DNA from: Minisyncoccota bacterium
GTDB lineage: Bacteria; Patescibacteriota; Minisyncoccia; Phycocordibacterales; Phycocordibacteraceae
NCBI GenBank assembly: GCA_041666305.1
Contig: JBAYHD010000002.1
Coordinates: 64,684 to 128,683, forward strand
Length of the DNA stretch: 64,000 nucleotides
Reading direction: 5' to 3'
Shown here: positions 40,600-50,443 of the stretch, in pieces
How positions within the stretch are numbered: position 1 is the stretch's first letter
Layout of the letters: every line of letters begins with the position of its first letter
Notes under the pieces: generated by a model
Database searches by the model: none
Told to the model about the DNA's origin: nothing
What the model saw: the letters and a program-made list of their open reading frames with translations, nothing else
Position numbers and translations under genes: made by a program

Positions 40600-41623
40600 C
40601 AACAAAGAAATCCGAGAAGGGTTCCGGGTCCTCGGTGACGATGCCTGCACCGCGCACCACTGCGGTGAGCGGGTCCGGTGCGACTCTCACCGGTACGCCA
40701 AGCATCTTTGCAAGTATTTGCGGCAGACCGCGCAGCAGGGCTCCGCCGCCAAAAACGGTGACTCCCTGCTGAAGCACGTCCGAGAGAAGTTCCGGCGGCG
40801 TCGCTTCAATGACTTCTTTCATGGAGTCCATAAGTGCGTCCAAGGACGGCGCGATGGCTTCGCGAATGTGAGAATCGGTGAGTGTTATTTCTCGCGGGAG
40901 TCCGGTCGCAAAATCGCGGCCGCGTACGGTCCGCGACAAGGTCTCATGAAGCGGTATCACGGCGCCTATCGCTATCTTCACGTCTTCTGCGGTACGCTCG
41001 CCGATACCGAGCTTGAACTCGCTCCGCACATATTCAATGATGTTGTCATTAAAGCGATCCCCGGCAACATGCGAGCTCTTTGACGCAACGACACCCTTGA
41101 GCGCGATGACCGCGATATCGGTGGTGCCACCGCCGATATCGAGCACCATCGTGCCGACCGCCTCATGCACCGGCAGTTTTGCACCAATGGCGCCTGCGAC
41201 TGGCTCTTCCAGGATGATGGCCTCGCGTGCACCGGCATTCTTCGCGGCATCGCGTACGGCGCGGCTCTGCACGTTGGTAACGCCGGTCGGCACGCCGATG
41301 ACGACGCGCGGACCGAAAAGCCGCACGCGTCCGTTCTGCGCTTTGTTGATGAGATAGGTCAGTAATTCCTCGGTCACTTCGAAATCCGAAATGACGCCGT
41401 GGCTCAAGGGGCGCACCACGCGGATGTGCGCGGGAGTCTTGCCGAGCATCGTCTTCGCTTCCTTCCCCACCGCCACGACCTGATGCGTCTTATCGTTCAC
41501 GGCGACCGCCGAGGGTTCGTTGATGACGACACCCTTCCCGCGCACGTATACGAGCGTGTTAGTCGTCCCGAGGTCTATTGCGATGTCGTTACTGAAGAGC
41601 AGATTTTTTGAAAACCGGGCCAT
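40571..41623 (-). CDS. mreB: Rod shape-determining actin homolog MreB
   Basis: IDLGTTNT, NEPS, GVISDF, DIGGGTTD, GGGALL. Confidence 0.95.
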   Translation of the reverse strand: MARFSKNLLFSNDIAIDLGTTNTLVYVRGKGVVINEPSAVAVNDKTHQVVAVGKEAKTMLGKTPAHIRVVRPLSHGVISDFEVTEELLTYLINKAQNGRVRLFGPRVVIGVPTGVTNVQSRAVRDAAKNAGAREAIILEEPVAGAIGAKLPVHEAVGTMVLDIGGGTTDIAVIALKGVVASKSSHVAGDRFNDNIIEYVRSEFKLGIGERTAEDVKIAIGAVIPLHETLSRTVRGRDFATGLPREITLTDSHIREAIAPSLDALMDSMKEVIEATPPELLSDVLQQGVTVFGGGALLRGLPQILAKMLGVPVRVAPDPLTAVVRGAGIVTEDPEPFSDFFVDEEDILSEA

Positions 41624-41634
41624 GGGGATAGGCG

Positions 41635-42885
41635 CTAGGCGCTAGGCGCTAGGCGGGACAAGAGTTCGGAACGTGGTTTTTTCTGCACCGTGCCGGTCGC
41701 GCGATTCACCACCTCGAACTCGCCAGTGGCGACGGCGTCCTTCCCCACCACGATGCGCTTCGGAACGCCGAGTAGGTCGCTATCCGCGAATTTCTCGCCG
41801 GCACGAGCATCGCGATCGTCATACAAAACTTCCACGCCGGTTTTTATCAAATCATCGTAAAGAACATCCGCTGTTTTAGAAATTTCGTCGCCGTCTTTCC
41901 CAAGCGACACGAGGTGCACCGAAAATGGCGCGACGCTCTCGGGCCACACCAGCCCTTTTGCATCGGAGAGCACCTCCACAATAGCGCCGACGAGGCGCGA
42001 GGGGCCGATGCCGTAGCAGCCCATCACGACCGGATGTTTCTTCCCCTCCTTGTCCAGATATGAGAGACCGAGCGGTTCAGAAAAACGCGTTCCGAGCTTG
42101 AAAATATTTCCGACTTCCACGGCCGTTTCCTCTTTGAGTTCGCCGCGGTCTATCTCAAGGTCCGCAAGGACCTCATCGGTTAGCACTTCTTTATTGATAG
42201 CAACACCCTTTGCGCGGGAGACATAAATCGTATCCTCGCCACTCTCGCAGAGTGTCTGAAATTCGTGGCTGTATTTGGAAAAAGCGCCACCTGAAGCGAA
42301 TGTCATGAAGGTGCGGTCACCGAGTCCGACGCGCGCGAAGACATTCTTATATGCCTGTGCCGCCTGTTCATAAAAGGTATCCAGATCGGCCTGGTCAGCG
42401 TGGAACGAATACATGTCCTTCATCAAGAATTCCCGTCCGCGCATCACGCCGGACTTCGCGCGTTCTTCGTTCCTGAATTTCGTTTGTATCTGATACGTGG
42501 AGAACGGAAGGTCGCGGTATGAACTCACATTCTGAGAAGCAAGGTTTGTGATGGGCTCTTCGTGCGTCCACCCGAGACCCGTCTCGCCCGCCGTCTTGAG
42601 CATCGTCTTGAACCAAACATCCTGCTCCCAACGATTTGTCTTTTTCCAGAGTTCGGCATTCTGGAGCGCCGACATGAGAAGTTCCTGTCCGCCGATTGCG
42701 TTCATCTCTTCTCGAATGACGCGAACGACATTGTTCAGTACGCGGAGCCCGAGCGGGAGAAATGAATACACGCCGGCCGCTTCTTTATGCACGAAGCCGG
42801 CACGAATCAGGAGCTGGGCGTTCTTCGCGACCTCGTCGGCCGGCGCCTCGCGGCGAGTTTTGGTGAAGAGCTGGGACTGTCTCAT
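41635..42885 (-). CDS. proS: Proline--tRNA ligase (short form lacking the editing insertion)
   Basis: THEE, KFRNExR, REFLMKDMYSF, MGCYGIG, anticodon-binding domain. Confidence 0.96.
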   Translation of the reverse strand: MRQSQLFTKTRREAPADEVAKNAQLLIRAGFVHKEAAGVYSFLPLGLRVLNNVVRVIREEMNAIGGQELLMSALQNAELWKKTNRWEQDVWFKTMLKTAGETGLGWTHEEPITNLASQNVSSYRDLPFSTYQIQTKFRNEERAKSGVMRGREFLMKDMYSFHADQADLDTFYEQAAQAYKNVFARVGLGDRTFMTFASGGAFSKYSHEFQTLCESGEDTIYVSRAKGVAINKEVLTDEVLADLEIDRGELKEETAVEVGNIFKLGTRFSEPLGLSYLDKEGKKHPVVMGCYGIGPSRLVGAIVEVLSDAKGLVWPESVAPFSVHLVSLGKDGDEISKTADVLYDDLIKTGVEVLYDDRDARAGEKFADSDLLGVPKRIVVGKDAVATGEFEVVNRATGTVQKKPRSELLSRLAPSA

Positions 42886-42898
42886 AGGCGACAGTATA

Positions 42899-42929
42899 CC
42901 CTGTACTGAAGCAGAGCTCTAGTACGGGG
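42899..42929. repeat. 31-bp palindromic element with flanking TATA duplication at the proS -10 box
   Basis: tata-ccctgtactgaagcagagctctagtacgggg-tata. Confidence 0.7.
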
Positions 42930-42964
42930 TATATGCCCACCCCACCCACTCGGCAAAAGGGCGC

Positions 42965-43426
42965 TTAGTTCAGGGCATTCGAGTACGGGCACTCGACCCG
43001 GCCTTCGGGGTTGTTCTGTACATCCGCGCCATATCCGAAGTCGATGGACTTCGCCTCTTCAACTTTCCCATTGCAATACAGAATGCGAGCGAGCAGATGC
43101 ACCTTCCTCTCCTGTTCCTCATAGGGTAACGCCGCTATGCCCCATTTCTCGAGCAGTCTTCGCCATTGGTCGAATGTGTCCTTATAATCCAGGGGATCGA
43201 CGCGCTCATCGACACCCCGCGCCCACAAACAATCCTGCGTCAATTTCATCCCATCTTCGTCAAAAACAGAAAGGACAATACCCCCATCTCTTTTGCGTCT
43301 AAGGATCCGATCGAGATCAACGGTGATTGCATTTATATTCACTTTCGGCCCGAGCAGTTGTTCGATGGTTAATATTCCTCCCTCGTTGTGCGAATGATGT
43401 TCTTGCTGTTCGATGTTGTGCGTCAT
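42965..43426 (-). CDS. Hypothetical protein
   Basis: 153-aa ORF with TTGACT-16-TACGCT promoter 8 nt before ATG. Confidence 0.6.
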   Translation of the reverse strand: MTHNIEQQEHHSHNEGGILTIEQLLGPKVNINAITVDLDRILRRKRDGGIVLSVFDEDGMKLTQDCLWARGVDERVDPLDYKDTFDQWRRLLEKWGIAALPYEEQERKVHLLARILYCNGKVEEAKSIDFGYGADVQNNPEGRVECPYSNALN

Positions 43427-43536
43427 ATGTCCCTAGCGTAACGCCGCTGGCGGCAGAGTCAACATCTCAAATAGTGTCCTAAAAAGTAAGAAGATCTGAC
43501 CTCTGGAACTACATAGGGCAGCCCTATGTAGGTGAG

Positions 43537-43565
43537 TTACCCGACGATGCGAAAGATGTCGTGAG
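43537..43565. repeat. 29-bp direct repeat of the rseP 3' end (att-like)
   Basis: ttacccgacgatgcgaaagatgtcgtgag is identical to 44119-44147. Confidence 0.9.
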
Positions 43566-43676
43566 TAGCAAGGGTTACCCTTGCTACTTTTTTTTAGATG
43601 TCTCAATTTTCGTCCTATAGGACAGAAATTGAGACAAAACAAAAGCCCGCGAGAAGCACGGGCTCCTGCGGGCTAG

Positions 43677-44018
43677 CTATGCCGGCTTCTTGGTCAGCTC
43701 CTTTCCTTCTGCCTCAATCACATCGGGGTATACCTGGGCAATTGTCTCGAGCCGTTCCTTCCAGCACTCGCGTTCCTTGGAGTCGGAGAGGACCCAAAGG
43801 CGGTTCTCATAGTGGCGAATTTCTTTCAACCGAGTTCTCGCAATTTCTGCAGAGATTGGCCATTCAAAAGGATCATCAAACCCCTCGTCGATGTACTGCA
43901 GCGCCCGAGTAAGCACAGGTATGAGATGTTCCTTTCTGAGCCATCTCCACGCCGTATCCAATGCGACAGCAAAGCAAGAAATAAGCATGATAACCGGTAT
44001 TGCGTTCAGTGCATTCAT
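43677..44018 (-). CDS. Hypothetical protein with N-terminal TM, inside the att-flanked islet
   Basis: SD ggagg before ATG; TM then soluble helical part. Confidence 0.65.
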   Translation of the reverse strand: MNALNAIPVIMLISCFAVALDTAWRWLRKEHLIPVLTRALQYIDEGFDDPFEWPISAEIARTRLKEIRHYENRLWVLSDSKERECWKERLETIAQVYPDVIEAEGKELTKKPA

Positions 44019-44118
44019 TTATTCCTCCCCATGTGTTGAGAAATTGGTTTTGAGCCAACGGGCTCTCCGGGGATACCTTACTATTTTGTCTTGAAGAATC
44101 AAGGGTCGCGAATTCCTC

Positions 44119-45240
44119 TTACCCGACGATGCGAAAGATGTCGTGAGCAGTCACGACAAGCATGAGCAAAATGAGGAAAATGAAACCGATAGCGTTCAGC
44201 GCCTGCGCAACGCTCGGTTTTATGGGCCGGCGAATAACGCTCTCAATAATCACGAAAAGAAGACGGCCTCCGTCGAGCGCAGGAACGGGAATAAGATTGA
44301 TGAGCGCGAGGTTAATGGAAATGATCGCCATGATGGAGAAGAGATAGCCGATGCCTTGGAGTGACGCCGTGCCGACTGCGCCCGCGATGCCAACGGGACC
44401 CGCGACCTGCGAGAGATCAGCCGAGAGCGTGAATATGCCGTAGAAGAAATGCCACAAGCCGATCGCGGTGAGCTTCGTCGCTTCCCACGTAAGGAATGCG
44501 CCTTCAGTCAGTGCGGAGCCGAGCGAGACCGGTACCACGCCGACCGTCGCGACTTCGATGCCAAGCACATACCGAGCGGGGTCGCTCACGGAGAGGCCCG
44601 TTGCGGCCGTCGCGGTGATGCTTCGCTCTGTTCCGTTACGCTTAATGTTGAGCGTAATCGCTTCCCCACGACTTGCCGAGACAAACGCTGAAAAACTTTT
44701 CGGGTCCACCGCTTTCCATTCCCCTGCCACATCTTTTGCGCTCAGGATGGAATCGCCCGGAAGTAATCCCGCGAGCGCCGCCGGCGAGGCCGGAAGCACG
44801 CCCGCAATCGCGAGTTCCGTGTTGTGAGCCACCGCCACCTCGTTTTCCGAGAGAGCTCGCGGCGTGCCGGTCATGAGCGCGCCGGTGATGAGCACATACG
44901 CGAACAACAGATTCATCGTGATGCCCGCCACAAGCACGAGCGCCTGCAAAAATCTATTTTTATTATGGAAAGCACGTTTGTTCGCCGCTTGCCCCGTACC
45001 AACGCCGTCCGCGGCTTTGGTATCGGGGTCTTCGCCATATATCTTCACGAAACCGCCGAACGGCAGCCAATTGAGCGTGTAGAGCGTTTCTCCTTTTTTC
45101 GCTATGACCATGGCGCGCGGAGGATACCCGAGCCCGAATTCATCCACGCGCATGCCCGATAATTTCGCCACGACGAAATGCCCGAACTCGTGCACCACAA
45201 TGAGTGCGACGATGACGAGTATGAAAATAAGGATGTTCAC
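44119..45240 (-). CDS. rseP: RIP metalloprotease RseP (M50, PDZ)
   Basis: HEFGH, LPFGGFVKI, GPVGI, NLIPVPALDGG. Confidence 0.95.
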   Translation of the reverse strand: MNILIFILVIVALIVVHEFGHFVVAKLSGMRVDEFGLGYPPRAMVIAKKGETLYTLNWLPFGGFVKIYGEDPDTKAADGVGTGQAANKRAFHNKNRFLQALVLVAGITMNLLFAYVLITGALMTGTPRALSENEVAVAHNTELAIAGVLPASPAALAGLLPGDSILSAKDVAGEWKAVDPKSFSAFVSASRGEAITLNIKRNGTERSITATAATGLSVSDPARYVLGIEVATVGVVPVSLGSALTEGAFLTWEATKLTAIGLWHFFYGIFTLSADLSQVAGPVGIAGAVGTASLQGIGYLFSIMAIISINLALINLIPVPALDGGRLLFVIIESVIRRPIKPSVAQALNAIGFIFLILLMLVVTAHDIFRIVG

Positions 45241-45253
45241 GAAAATAGTATAT

Positions 45254-45416
45254 CAGTAATGCGATGTGAGGATTTTGGAGACTCTCGGAGGCGGAGCAGC
45301 ATGGCGAATTGCGGCGCCGGAGGGCAGCTGCGCCGCAATTTGCGACGCCGAGAGTGAGCGCGTCCCGCGGCAGGGCGGGACGACGCGTGCTCCAAAATTC
45401 TTACATCGCATTACTG
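45254..45416. repeat. 163-bp structured element with 27-bp terminal inverted repeats
   Basis: cagtaatgcgatgtgaggattttggag ... ctccaaaattcttacatcgcattactg with internal hairpins. Confidence 0.75.
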
Positions 45417-45448
45417 TCAACGCGAGGAGGAAGCCGTTCTTACGGCTT

Positions 45449-46000
45449 TTATTGCGCTATTTCTTCCTCTTTGCGCTCAAGCGCCTTCGCGAGCGCATCA
45501 TTACCGGCATCGATGAGTTTTTGTATTTCAAGCTTCATTCGTGCTACTTCGTCCTTTCCCATCCCGCCCGCCTTTTCTGCGGCATCGAGCGCCTTGAGCG
45601 CATCGGTGCGGTGCGAGCGAAGCGTCACCTTCGCCTGTTCGGTTTTGTCACCCGCGATCTTTGACAGCTGCGTGCGGCGCTCGCTTGTGAGTTCTGGGAA
45701 GGACACGCGCAACCCTTGGTCATCGGTGGCGACACCCACACCAAGATCAGCGTCCGTAATACCCTTTTCAATATTTTTCGTTATGGATTTGTCCCAGGGA
45801 ATAACGCGCAACGTACGTGCATCTTCCGTTGAAATGGACGCCAGTTCGCGGAGCGCAGTGCGTGTGCCGTATACTTCGGGCTTCACGCCGTCAAGAAGGG
45901 TCGGTGTCGCACGGCCGGTGCGCACGCCGGAAAGCTCGCGCGCAAGCCACTCTTCCGTTTCTTTGATATTCGTTTTGAGTTTTGAAAAGTCGTATGCCAT
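45449..46000 (-). CDS. frr: Ribosome recycling factor
   Basis: VRTGRATP, IPWDKS, PELTSERR. Confidence 0.96.
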   Translation of the reverse strand: MAYDFSKLKTNIKETEEWLARELSGVRTGRATPTLLDGVKPEVYGTRTALRELASISTEDARTLRVIPWDKSITKNIEKGITDADLGVGVATDDQGLRVSFPELTSERRTQLSKIAGDKTEQAKVTLRSHRTDALKALDAAEKAGGMGKDEVARMKLEIQKLIDAGNDALAKALERKEEEIAQ

Positions 46001-46007
46001 GCGTTAA

Positions 46008-46685
46008 CTATACCAAACCTTTCGGAATGACGAGCGATAGGTGTTCCAGGATCATGCGCACGGGCGCGCTACGGTCGTAGAGATGTCCACGCAGAACTTG
46101 AATATCTCGTAACAATTCCGCAATGTGGGACTTCGTAAGTCCCACATTGCGATAAGCTGCTGCTTCGATACCATTCACGATACTGATCGCTTCGTCACGC
46201 AATTCCCGCCGTTCTTCCTCGTCCTTCCCGCTCGTGAGTTTCTTTATCATCGCACTCCGCTTCTCCTTACTCGCCTTCATAAACTCCTCCGCCGCTTCAG
46301 AAATTAAGGGTTTACGAAATCCATAATTCGTATCAAGGATTTGGACGCGGGAGCGGAGGGTTGGAAGAAGACCGCCGAGAGATGGCAGTATGAAAAACAG
46401 ATACGTCCCAGCAGGCGGTTCTTCAAAAAGTTTTAAGAGCGCATTCTGTGCTTCGTGATACGCACGAATCGCCGCGATGATGACGACCTTTGTTGTGCCG
46501 GCAAATGCAGCGCCCGCGGCGAGCTCAGACACTCGTCGCGCATCCTCGACCGAGAACAGACCATACCGCATCACGGCAACATCGGGATTGCCCTGTATCT
46601 TCATCTGCAACTCCTTCTCCACCCAAGCCTGCGCGGCCATAACACCCTCCTCGGCCTCCGCCTCTATCACAAACGCATGGTGCAT
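46008..46685 (-). CDS. holB: DNA polymerase III delta-prime-like clamp loader subunit
   Basis: HAFVI, NPDV, EAQNALLKLFEEPP, LLPTLRSR. Confidence 0.8.
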   Translation of the reverse strand: MHHAFVIEAEAEEGVMAAQAWVEKELQMKIQGNPDVAVMRYGLFSVEDARRVSELAAGAAFAGTTKVVIIAAIRAYHEAQNALLKLFEEPPAGTYLFFILPSLGGLLPTLRSRVQILDTNYGFRKPLISEAAEEFMKASKEKRSAMIKKLTSGKDEEERRELRDEAISIVNGIEAAAYRNVGLTKSHIAELLRDIQVLRGHLYDRSAPVRMILEHLSLVIPKGLV

Positions 46686-46717
46686 AACAAGCAGTATACC
46701 CCTGTTATAGTGTTGGT

Positions 46718-47071
46718 ATGAATATACCCATTCCGCTTAGAGAACGTATTGCCGATATTGTGATATACGTTTTTGCAATTATTCCTATTGTGGGAATCGC
46801 CATGGGAGGGTTTATATGCACCCCTGAGGGATTTGGCGTACATAGCTGCGTTATGGGGCCCGCAGTAGATTCGATTATGAATTTTTTCTTGAGCTACGGT
46901 TTCTTGATTGTTTTTGGCGGATTCTTTGTTTGGATACCTGTGATAATTGTTGCGTCAGTGATTTCGATTAAATCACGAAGAAAAGCTGGACGTAAAATTA
47001 TTTATTCACCTCCCTTTATACTGCTCTATCTGTTTGTAGTGAGTGTGCTGCAGGGTATTATCGCTGATTAA
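46718..47071 (+). CDS. AT-rich membrane protein
   Basis: 3 TM helices; TGtTATAGT 6 nt before ATG. Confidence 0.65.
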   Translation: MNIPIPLRERIADIVIYVFAIIPIVGIAMGGFICTPEGFGVHSCVMGPAVDSIMNFFLSYGFLIVFGGFFVWIPVIIVASVISIKSRRKAGRKIIYSPPFILLYLFVVSVLQGIIAD

Positions 47072-47074
47072 AAA

Positions 47075-48100
47075 TTACTGCTTCGCGAGGATGCTTTTCT
47101 GATACGTATCCAAATGCTTCAGCGCGATGCCGGTGCCGCGCGCAACACAAAAATAGGGATCTTGACCCAATTTCGCGACGACACCAGTGCGGCGATACAC
47201 GAGCTCGGGCATCTGCCGGAGCTGGCTCGTGCCGCCGGTCAGGATGATGCCGTTGTCGATGATGTCGGCGGCGAGTTCGGGCGGCGTGTCCTGGAGCACC
47301 TTGCGGATCGCCTGCGTCATTTCGCGCAATTCACGCGCCATCGCGGTTACGAGGTCGTTGGTGGAAAGGTCTACCGTGCGCGGGAGCCCGCTCATCAGAT
47401 CGCGCCCTTTCACCGGCATGGTGAGCTCCTCGTTCAGCGGAACTGCGGCGCCGATTCGTATTTTAATTTCTTCCGCGGTCTTATCGCCGATGGAAAGATT
47501 ATGCTGTTTTTTCACATGATCTATAACCGCGCGATCCAAGCGGTCGCCCGCGCACTTCACCGAGGTGGACGCGACGATGCCGCCGAGAGAGATCACCGCC
47601 ACGTCTATCGTGCCGCCACCAATGTCCGCGACCATGCGCCCCATCGGTTCGTGAATAGGAATACCCGCGCCGATGGCGGCAAGTATCGGCTCCTTCACCA
47701 CATACGCATTCTTTGCGCCGGCTTTGAGCGCGGCCTCAATGACCGCGCGCTTCTCGGTGCTCGTGACACCCGCGGGAACCGAGACCAGCACCGTCGGCTT
47801 GAACGGATTTCGTCCGAGCGCTTTTTTCATAAAATAGCGGAGCATCGCTTCGGTCACTCGATAATCCGCAATGACGCCGTCTTTCATCGGGCGGTACGCA
47901 ATGATGTCGTCGGGCGTGCGGCCGATCATTTGCTTAGCCTCCGCGCCGATGGCGAGAATTTTATTGCCGCCGAATTTGCCGTGCGCCTTCCCCACCGCGA
48001 CGACCGACGGCTCATTGATGACCACTCCCTTGCCTGGCACAAAAACCAATACGTTGGTGGTCCCGAGGTCTATGCCGAGTTTGGGAGAAAAGAAGGACAT
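47075..48100 (-). CDS. mreB: Second MreB/Mbl paralog
   Basis: IDLGTTN, PMKDGVIAD, DIGGGT, LTGGT. Confidence 0.93.
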   Translation of the reverse strand: MSFFSPKLGIDLGTTNVLVFVPGKGVVINEPSVVAVGKAHGKFGGNKILAIGAEAKQMIGRTPDDIIAYRPMKDGVIADYRVTEAMLRYFMKKALGRNPFKPTVLVSVPAGVTSTEKRAVIEAALKAGAKNAYVVKEPILAAIGAGIPIHEPMGRMVADIGGGTIDVAVISLGGIVASTSVKCAGDRLDRAVIDHVKKQHNLSIGDKTAEEIKIRIGAAVPLNEELTMPVKGRDLMSGLPRTVDLSTNDLVTAMARELREMTQAIRKVLQDTPPELAADIIDNGIILTGGTSQLRQMPELVYRRTGVVAKLGQDPYFCVARGTGIALKHLDTYQKSILAKQ

Positions 48101-48101
48101 A

Positions 48102-49412
48102 TTAGGAAAGCTTTTCGCGTCGAATGTTCGCACCGAGTTGTTGCAAACGTTCTTCGAGACGTTCATATCCGCGATCAATGTAATAAATATTGTCGATAGT
48201 CGAGGTACCACGCGCGACGAGCGCTGCGATGACGTAGGCGAGTCCAGCGCGAATATCAGGACCTTCAAGCTCCCGATCTTTAAGTAGTGATGGTCCTTTA
48301 ATAGATACTTTGTTTGGATTCCACATCGTGATGTTCGCACCCATCTTCACAAGATCTTCAACATAGTTAAGTCGCGCTTCAAAAATAGTTTCAAAGACAG
48401 TGCTCTCGCCCATCACTTGAGTGAGAAAGACGACCATCGGCGCTTGCAGGTCAGTCGCGAAGCCGGGATACTCATGTGTCTTCACATTCACCCCCTTCCA
48501 CTCGCTCGACGGCTTCGTATTTTGTACGATTTTAAGAAAATCCTTACCACGGGAAATAGAGACTCCGGAGAGCTGAAGCAGATTGATGAGCGCATCGACG
48601 TGTTCTGGCACACAACCTTCTATCGTAAGCTCGCGCGCGGTAAGTGCACCGAGGATAAGAAAACTTCCCGTCTCAATACGATCAGGAAGCGTATGGTAGA
48701 CCCGACCGCCCGTAGAAAGAACTTCTCCACCCTCGATAGTAATGATTGACGTACCTGCACCCGTAATATGTGCGCCACAGGCATTCAGAAATTCAGCGAT
48801 GCTCCCGATCTCGGGTTCCATCGCCGCATTGCGGAGCGTTGTTGTGCCCTCAGCGAGCACTGCCGCCATCATCATCGTTTCAGTCGCCGTCACTGACACT
48901 TGAGAAAAGAAAATATCAGCGCCATGAAGCTTCTTGTCCGTGACATTCAAACGGAAAATGTCATCCTCACCATCTTTCTCTTCTTTCACTTCTGCACCCA
49001 AAGCACGAAAACTCTGGAGAAATAAATCGATTGAACGCTGACCAAGTACGCATCCCCCCGGATACGGGAATGTCGCTGAGCCATATCTCGCGAGCAAAGG
49101 GCCCGTGAGAATAATAGACGCGCGCAGACGCTTCGCTACAGCTCTATCAAATTCTGTCTTCGTAACAGTTGCTGCATCTATGGTCAGGCTTCGATTCGAT
49201 TTCTCCGCTACAACTACTCCAAACCCCTCAAGAAGTTCCGTGAGCCGCTTCACATCCTCAATACCCGGAATATTCTCAATGGTGAGAGTATCCTTGAAGA
49301 GCAGTGCGGATGCCATGGCGGGAAGCACCGCATTCTTCGCCCCGTGAATAGACACAGTACCTGAAAGGGTTTTCTCCCCGCCAAGACCCTCTATCACGAA
49401 TCGTTCCTTCAT
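48102..49412 (-). CDS. murA: UDP-N-acetylglucosamine 1-carboxyvinyltransferase
   Basis: GAKNAVLP, LRAS, PGGCVLGQR, PDRIETG, YPGFATDLQ, IDRGYE. Confidence 0.96.
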   Translation of the reverse strand: MKERFVIEGLGGEKTLSGTVSIHGAKNAVLPAMASALLFKDTLTIENIPGIEDVKRLTELLEGFGVVVAEKSNRSLTIDAATVTKTEFDRAVAKRLRASIILTGPLLARYGSATFPYPGGCVLGQRSIDLFLQSFRALGAEVKEEKDGEDDIFRLNVTDKKLHGADIFFSQVSVTATETMMMAAVLAEGTTTLRNAAMEPEIGSIAEFLNACGAHITGAGTSIITIEGGEVLSTGGRVYHTLPDRIETGSFLILGALTARELTIEGCVPEHVDALINLLQLSGVSISRGKDFLKIVQNTKPSSEWKGVNVKTHEYPGFATDLQAPMVVFLTQVMGESTVFETIFEARLNYVEDLVKMGANITMWNPNKVSIKGPSLLKDRELEGPDIRAGLAYVIAALVARGTSTIDNIYYIDRGYERLEERLQQLGANIRREKLS

Positions 49413-49469
49413 AGTTCGCTTATTGTACGCCGACTTCGCCAAATCATCAAAAAAGGTAGAATAGGCATA

Positions 49470-49763
49470 ATGAAATCCATCGGCGAGATGCTTCCTGAAT
49501 TCCGAAAAAAGGCGGATGCCGCGCCCAAAGGAAGGAAGCGCCAAACGGAACGAGGTGAGCTGATGCGATTTTTTCTGCGGCACCTGAATTATTCCCGCAA
49601 ACAGGATGGTCTCGCGCCAATGACGATGGCACACCTCGGTACGGTGCTGGAGAAAATCCCGACACAAGACCTGTATTATCTCAAAAGCATCTGCAGTCAG
49701 GCGAAGAATTTCAGCAAGAAATTCTGGTGGGAGCTCGACCCGACCAAACACGAACCGAAATAA
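49470..49763 (+). CDS. Small hypothetical protein
   Basis: TAGAAT 7 nt before ATG; ERGEL..DLYYL.S.C..NFSKKFWW. Confidence 0.7.
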   Translation: MKSIGEMLPEFRKKADAAPKGRKRQTERGELMRFFLRHLNYSRKQDGLAPMTMAHLGTVLEKIPTQDLYYLKSICSQAKNFSKKFWWELDPTKHEPK

Positions 49764-49781
49764 TTTGGTATACTGCGCCAC

Positions 49782-50315
49782 ATGAAAGAAATCGTGCAAG
49801 ACGGCGCGAAGGTGCTCCGCGATATCGCTAAGCCGGTGCCGAAGGAACTGTTCGGCTCAGTGAAGCTCGCACGCATAATTGTCGACATGACCGAGGCGCT
49901 CGACCAAGAACTCGAGGGCGTCGCGCTCGCTGCGCCACAGATCGATGTTCCCCTTCGGATTTTCATCGTGCGCAAAGATCGTACTCTGCCTCCTCCGGCA
50001 CAGGTTCCGGAAGGGGCGCCGCTTCCTCCTCCCCTGCCGGCGGAAGTGGAGGTATATATCAATCCGGAGATTGTTAAGACGTCTCGCCGACGCGCACGCG
50101 CGGACGAGGGCTGCCTTTCGGTTCGCGGTGTCTATGGCACCACGAAACGGCATGAGCGCGTTACCGTTCGCGCGCAACACCCGGACGGTAAATCATTTCA
50201 GCGCGGCGGCGGCGGCATCATGGCGCAAATCTTTGAGCATGAAATTGACCACTTGAATGGCATTCTTTTCATAGACCACGCCGAGCACCTCATCGAGATA
50301 CATCATGCCCAGTAG
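49782..50315 (+). CDS. def: Peptide deformylase
   Basis: GVALAAPQI, EGCLS, HEIDH; the stop codon is supplied by the MITE. Confidence 0.95.
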   Translation: MKEIVQDGAKVLRDIAKPVPKELFGSVKLARIIVDMTEALDQELEGVALAAPQIDVPLRIFIVRKDRTLPPPAQVPEGAPLPPPLPAEVEVYINPEIVKTSRRRARADEGCLSVRGVYGTTKRHERVTVRAQHPDGKSFQRGGGGIMAQIFEHEIDHLNGILFIDHAEHLIEIHHAQ

Positions 50316-50442
50316 GACAACATGGCATCATGTCTTTGCCGCTTATAAACGGACGCGGTACAACTAGAATTATGAACACAACGAGGCAACCGCAGGCAAC
50401 TACCTCGGACACGCAGGGCAATGCCATGTTGTCCTCACTGGG
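50308..50442. mobile_element. MITE/REPIN-like element copy 2 with CATG target-site duplication
   Basis: cccagtaggacaacatggcat ... atgccatgttgtcctcactggg flanked by CATG (50304-07, 50443-46). Confidence 0.8.
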
Positions 50443-50443
50443 C

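Noticed and set aside
40571-48100. Two mreB paralogs
   Set aside because: Multiple MreB/Mbl paralogs are common, and both look ordinary
49412-49799. Long N-terminal extensions in the ORF track (murA, rmuC, rsmH, mrdA, glutaredoxin, csp)
   Set aside because: Artefacts of taking the first possible start; family N-termini, -10 boxes or gene overlaps fix later starts
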